11,057 nucleotides of DNA from a bacterium (GTDB taxonomy: Bacteria; Hinthialibacterota; Hinthialibacteria; Hinthialibacterales; Hinthialibacteraceae). The first letter of the stretch is position 1, and every line of letters starts with the position of its first letter. The DNA is taken from assembly GCA_041946805.1 (NCBI GenBank), contig JBHGBC010000183.1, forward strand, positions 1 to 11,057, written 5' to 3'. Below are positions 7,601-11,057 of this stretch, in pieces. Both the position numbers and the translations under genes were made by a program. The notes beneath the pieces were generated by a model. That model did no database searches. It was given only the letters and a program-made list of their open reading frames with translations, and was not told where the DNA came from.

Positions 7601-8389
7601 TTCCTCGGCCGGGAGTGGGAGCGGAATGGCGGGCAGATCCGCCAAGGCTTCATAATGGGATCGCAACTCGGCTGGACTGAGAGCGCGATCATAGACTCTG
7701 GCTTCGTAAATCCATCCCTCCAAGGCACGGTTCTCATCCGCGTCCCGGTACGTTCCAATGATATACGTTGCATCATTTCTGTAATTGATCGGGCCGGATT
7801 GCGTATCGGAGGAATTTTCCAGTTTTCCGTTTACATAAATCCGTTGGCAAGCGCCATCGTACGTGCCGGCCACGTGATACCATTTTTCATTGTCAAAAAA
7901 GGAGGGAGCATACAGGTACGTGGCGACGCCGTCCCCTGACCGGCTTCCTGTACTGGAGAGGGTGAAGCAGAAATTATTGCCATTGAAGCCCAGCCACCAT
8001 CCCCACCCCCGGTCGACATTCCCGGCATCCTCGAAATACCCGATGATGCTATTCCAGACGGATCCGCCGTACAAACAGATCCATGCTTCCACGGTGATGC
8101 CGCGCTGGGGCAACTCCTCCGGTGAAATCGTGTCGGAGATCAAGACCGCGTCCGTTTTGCCGTTCAGTTTTAGGGCATTCAGTTTCAAGCCGCGTCCGCC
8201 CGTTTCCGCGGCCAGTTCCACGGTCCCCTCGATCGTGGCATCGTGATTTCCCGTCAGATCTTTCACCGTCTTACCGGCAATATGCGTGGCGTCAAAAATC
8301 CAATGCCCCACCAGACCGGGCTCTTGCGCCAAAGCTAGGCCGGTCAGACCAAGATGAAAAAGAAGAATGAATATTGTAAAACGTTTCAT
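4586..8389 (-). CDS. Membrane sensor histidine kinase, 1267 aa: signal peptide, LamG-like domain, beta-propeller repeats, Y_Y_Y domain, TM helix, HisKA_3, HATPase_c
   Basis: Signal MKRFTIFILLFHLGLTGLALA-Q. LamG motifs GLVGHWIFD, ITVEAWI, WYHVAGTYDG, RVYDRALS. Propeller repeats (DGSLWIAT, GLPDNYVNDVLEDRQGRLWVTTNGGLS). Y_Y_Y region YSHRID..W..LPYGEHVFQVRAMD. TM FIFLFLACLGIIAWLTFL. H-box IARQIHD, N-box ELLYNVIKHA, G1 SDEGVGF, G2 FGLFSVRER. Confidence 0.95.
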   Translation of the reverse strand: MKRFTIFILLFHLGLTGLALAQEPGLVGHWIFDATHIAGKTVKDLTGNHDATIEGTVELAAETGGRGLKLNALKLNGKTDAVLISDTISPEELPQRGITVEAWICLYGGSVWNSIIGYFEDAGNVDRGWGWWLGFNGNNFCFTLSSTGSRSGDGVATYLYAPSFFDNEKWYHVAGTYDGACQRIYVNGKLENSSDTQSGPINYRNDATYIIGTYRDADENRALEGWIYEARVYDRALSPAELRSHYEALADLPAIPLPLPAEETRPALDTAPGIWRFWKAQDGLGDTWCYEATIGPTGNLSVTRGGGSTHNDYLDGYTVHPLPACLPLSIIVEGPERHLWLFNWKDTGAIRTYEVSGNASPGNWRRHAISPPILYSQFGLTFLPLDDHRFLYISQDQCILEFDIQSGSAKLVIQGSDTRLGEFLKMTPGRDDRSVWISSHNGLGHLQRDGTWREHLLPGREGPCLFEYETDAGEVVGFTFKGLVEGTVFLGDRTPFVFDGTNYLFNSTPNPASAPRIDYLLEDTPLIRQNGLLYFIAEDLYILNAVSREDNALWIPTGTGLARYAPAIWQTPQELRHKKTKAYGICEDESGRICLCYDDGLALFQNATWTFIPYAPSLDTRNSFVGILPGGRFYWNDYSGIMTYDITLQQFHLLFTQNDTKRYTACLGQGSPEKLWISEGTTIGLYDGRDFEPVIDLLELPVTPVHPDTPLEIKPYFINDIEMVGNDEVWIATYGGLFRIVSGRIVPFAPGTEFPAPFALEILKTRDGTVWISTNDAVYQLAGHQWIKIRDGLDQVNCMRETRDGSLWIATSIGLFCYRDGSWMKYTTEDGLPDNYVNDVLEDRQGRLWVTTNGGLSQYHPAMDRDPPETYVIDQGRPVQENAQSEDVSPEGNLRIVFTGMDKWKYTEADRLLYSHRIDTRDWTPFTSESFASLTGLPYGEHVFQVRAMDHSWNVDPTPAAWKIRIISPWYKDNRFIFLFLACLGIIAWLTFLHARRYILQETVIQARTQDLHSVNQELLRYQEQLRSIASRMAIDEERSKRNIARQIHDRIGHSLALCQMQIEYLQRGDHPPNTRILEEVRQTVKQIIEDSRELTIEISPPILYELGLMRTLQWLIEQLNEKYGMNFVLVEDGFPSEFGMDERGIVFNAIKELLYNVIKHAHTRSARVSLSQLDGHVQVQVSDEGVGFCPEDLQKTVLEKQSFGLFSVRERIEYLGGTFQCVSRINGGTQVTLTLPWPGKGGPNGDQYSTRGRSQDFARKPAANLE

Positions 8390-8527
8390 AGGTTCCCTTG
8401 GGGAAATGATCGGCAACCACGTTCCTTGCTTCTAGTCTCAATCGATCTGGATTCAATGTAAATGGCAGTCAAAATTTTAGTACACCAGATGGAGCGATGG
8501 GGATCATTTTATCCTTACTGATGAATG

Positions 8528-9115
8528 GTAACCGATTCCACTTCTACATTGATTACAGGCGGTAAAGGCGGCAGGTGCCCGGTACGGACGAACTCCCGCA
8601 GGGCCAAAACGAGGATCGAGACGGGATTGTAGCCGCACTGTCTCTAAGTGCGATTGTGCATACATGCCGCCAGCCGGATTTCCATTTCGAGTCCCGCAAT
8701 ATTACGCTGGGAAGGATTCCCGTGGCGTTGAGATGCTGGTGCTGTTCTTTATTTCCCATGACCAAGATAATCAATAGAGTCTGGTTGTTATAGCCGGATC
8801 CTTTCATCCCTGGCGTAGTCAATGCGGGCGAGGTCGATATCGTTGGCTTGGCGGCGCAGCGGCTTGTCGTCTTAGCGGTCCCGCGGTCTATGTTTTCGCT
8901 GGTTCCCCCCTATGATTGATTGTCCCCGGGAGTTTTCTTGGTTTGGGCGGATGGAATACCGGGAAAAACGAACGTGGATCTCAAAATCATTGTTATCATC
9001 GCCTCAGCGAATCTCCGGACCGGCGGATCACCCTGGAATCGCTCTATGGAATTATTTGGGGGCCGAGGAGATCATGCACCGTTCCATCCTCGCAGCCGGA
9101 CTAGCAGCGGATAAC
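8528..9115 (-). mobile_element. Heavily decayed IS66-family transposase (TnpC) 3' half with its downstream terminal inverted repeat
   Basis: Minus-strand fragments occur in the colinear order expected for TnpC: SGC-EDGTVHDL (about 9068-9100; cf. HADETGWRVNGKTHWL), IERFQGDPPVRRFAEAMIT (8991-9047; cf. IDRSRGSP..F..F.G.L.TD), EMEIRLAACMHNRT*RQC (8635-8688; cf. AEREIRPAV and FRTLKQR), GYNPVSILVLALREFVRTGHLPPLP (8560-8634). GTAACC at 8528 matches the GTAA start of IS66 ends. Reference motifs are recalled from memory; the 3' fragment is much stronger than the 5' ones. Confidence 0.6.
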
Positions 9116-9722
9116 CGGAATGATAAATAAAGAATCACAAAATTTTATTAAGTATTATTATAGGGATCTATAATGGTTTTATCTTTCTAGCATATAGAAT
9201 CTTCATCTCTTTATTTCATCCCTCTCCGGGACGTCAAAGGGAAGATCCGATCGTTCATTTTTCGAACCCGCCCCCAGGATAAAATTGGATATATGGATAC
9301 ATATCCTCGTCGGGCCGGCGGCTCACCCCATTGTCGGTTACCATCTCTCGGAGTTCTCCGGATTCAGACAAATCAAATCCCGGACAATCGAATGGGGATT
9401 TCCGGCTCATTTTAGTATTGTCGGACCCGCTTCTCCCCGGAGCGGCGGTACCCCTCATCATCATCGATTCGGGAGGCATTTATGGGATAGGGATGTTGGA
9501 ATGCCGGGAAAATCGTTTGTGAATTACCGTCTCAAGGACGGTATTATTTTATAGAATATTTGTAACACCGTGACGACAAAAATCCATCATGACGATTCAC
9601 GATATGGGGGGATGAATCCGAGTGCGAATAAGCGTTAGGAAACTCGAAACCGTCCGAAAAACGCATCAAAAAAATGTGTATCGTCGATTGTTGACGCCTC
9701 TTCCGGCCCTCGGTTTTTTTGC

Positions 9723-9737
9723 CTACCCCAGGGGTAG
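9723..9737. promoter_or_regulatory. Perfect palindrome CTACCCC-A-GGGGTAG, possible protein-binding site
   Basis: 7-bp arms at 9723-9729 and 9731-9737 in non-coding DNA. Function unknown. Confidence 0.35.
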
Positions 9738-9898
9738 ACATTAGGCGAAAGATTTTCCCCTACACCACACAGGGAGGTATCGTCCGTGCCTCCGGGCGGC
9801 CAAAGCCGTGCAATTCATTTAAGTTAGTTAAAAGCATCGATATATCTTGGCACAATATCATTCATTATCTACTCAGTACGACTATTTACACATTATTA

Positions 9899-9922
9899 AT
9901 AGATATTTATTTAAATATCTAT
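9899..9922. promoter_or_regulatory. Perfect AT-rich palindrome ATAGATATTTA-TT-TAAATATCTAT, operator-like
   Basis: 11-bp arms at 9899-9909 and 9912-9922 with a 2-bp spacer, inside the AT-rich island at about 9810-9930. Confidence 0.5.
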
Positions 9923-9997
9923 CCCACATATCACCTCACCCCGCTCCCATGTTGTCACTCCTCCCTCAGCAATTCCGGGGATGGCCTTCTCCTTGGT

Positions 9998-10210
9998 CTA
10001 CTTGAAGCGTTCGTGTCGTGGGTCCATCCCGATCAGGTGGAGCAACTGATGCTGGCGGTCCTGGGACCAGCCGGACGTCAACCGGCGCAGGATGCCAATG
10101 CGCTCTGCTATGTACATGCGTACCCGGGCTTCGCGGTCTGTCCGGGCCACTTTCCACCCATTCAGGGCCTGATTGTGGCAATAATTAGCGACAACGGAAG
10201 CATGACCCAC
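9998..10210 (-). CDS. Possible small basic hypothetical protein, 70 aa
   Basis: GTG start with GGGGGGA 9 nt upstream. Plausible helical, Arg-rich composition (DREARVRMYIAERIGILRRL). No family recognised. Confidence 0.35.
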   Translation of the reverse strand: MGHASVVANYCHNQALNGWKVARTDREARVRMYIAERIGILRRLTSGWSQDRQHQLLHLIGMDPRHERFK

Positions 10211-10739
10211 GGTGGATCATCCCCCCGACAACGGGAATCCACGCCACGGAAGCTTCTAAAAGAGGGTTTGTCATTCGTTTGAATTCATCGGTTTCCATGG
10301 ACGCTGGCACCTTGAGGTTGGACAATGGACCAGCATACAGCCAAGGTTGGCCTGCAGGATAGACATGTAAAACATGCTCATATCATTATACTTAACTAGA
10401 ACCTGGCCAACCTAGCCGACCTGTCCGACCTTTTTCACTCCCTATCATTGCCACATTTTTTTCGTGAACGCTATTGCAGAGGGGGAACGCCGCGGTCCGG
10501 GTTGGCTTTTTTTGTGTAATTTATACGCACCCTACAGGTTGGCTAGGTTGGACATTTTGGACTATATCTTCTTAAATATAGATAGATAAAGGACTTATAA
10601 AGGGACAACCTTTTTAACTGGAGATAAGGTTGGACACTAGAATTAGGGCAATAATGGCAACGAAACGTGGAGCGAATATTTACGGCGCAGCCCCTGCTGG
10701 TGCTTTGGTTCCTTCCCCGCCCCAGGTCCACGGTGGATC
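10207..10739. repeat. Direct repeat CCACGGTGGATC followed by a C run (10207-10218 and 10728-10739)
   Basis: Exact 12-mer present twice, containing the palindrome CCAC-G-GTGG. The two copies flank the 9-bp repeat array. Confidence 0.6.
10315..10635. repeat. Array of 9-bp iteron-like repeats (consensus AGGTTGGAC / GTCCAACCT) in both orientations; putative replication origin
   Basis: Forward copies at 10315, 10344, 10356 (degenerate), 10499, 10536, 10545, 10554 (degenerate) and 10627. Reverse copies at 10405, 10414, 10423 (head-to-tail) and 10603, plus a partial one at 10397. AT-rich gaps at about 10365-10400 and 10563-10600 separate opposed clusters. Confidence 0.75.
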
Positions 10740-11057
10740 CCCCCCACTCCCGGCGCCTCGGAGAGTACTCACGGCGATACATAAACACGCAGCGAACATC
10801 CCCTCCATCCCCGATGGGACGCACGGTTGGTTCACCATCTCGTTTCCCGCGGCTGTCTCCACTTCCTCCCTGTCCCTGGATGGCCTGGGCCGGTTCGCTA
10901 GCCGGTTTTTCCCCGGCTGCTATCCAGGTCCCAACCCCATAAGCGCTAACTTAAGAAATTAACAAAAAGCGAATAAACGAGTACAATCCCTCATTCATAA
11001 CGGATCTTCACCCCCAACGTCATATCGAGAAGAGATTGTATGTAATTCATTTTATTC

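Noticed and set aside
9259..9278. GCGGGTTCGAA on the minus strand, resembling a tRNA fragment or att site
   Set aside because: The T-stem does not close (it is followed by AAAT) and there is no cloverleaf or second copy.
8553..9554. Short ORFs 8553-8822, 8575-8793, 8912-9130, 9255-9479 and 9285-9554 as real genes
   Set aside because: No convincing RBS or recognisable domain. Those within 8528-9115 are better explained as frames across the IS66 remnant.
9719..10282. 187-aa plus-strand ORF
   Set aside because: TTG start after a T-run without an RBS. It crosses the AT-rich palindrome island with abrupt composition changes and overlaps the more plausible minus-strand 70-aa ORF.
10315..10635. 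CRISPR array interpretation of the repeats
   Set aside because: Units are only 9 bp, occur in both orientations with irregular spacing, and no cas genes are present.
9819..10954. TTAAGTTAG (9819-9827) / CTAACTTAA (10946-10954) inverted 9-mer, resembling XerD arms of dif-like sites bounding the right-hand element
   Set aside because: No acceptable XerC arm at 6-bp spacing, and a 9-bp AT-rich match can arise by chance.

Overview
Bases 317-8389 hold a five-gene cluster, all on the minus strand. In transcription order: a 1267-aa membrane histidine kinase (LamG + beta-propeller/Y_Y_Y sensor + HisKA_3/HATPase), a NarL/LuxR response regulator interrupted by one in-frame TGA in its linker, an exported tandem SnoaL-like protein, an exported beta-sandwich protein and a serine esterase. 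Two of the exported-protein genes share a 50-bp upstream box (43/50 identical) set in the same register on sigma70-like promoters. The same two proteins, otherwise unrelated, end in the same S-x-x-E-N-W-x-L-Y tail, a candidate C-terminal sorting signal; the esterase has a different Trp-containing tail. From memory, such tails occur in candidate-phylum bacteria (OLB16/Hinthialibacterota and Poribacteria respectively); this is unverified. Bases 8400-11057 contain no convincing intact gene. They hold a heavily eroded IS66 transposase remnant with one terminal repeat, two perfect palindromes, and an array of about 11 9-bp iteron-like repeats in both orientations around AT-rich gaps, resembling a replication origin with no Rep gene in view. 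At the left edge a 21-bp inverted repeat encloses about 170 nt of structured non-coding sequence. All family assignments are by eye; no searches were run.
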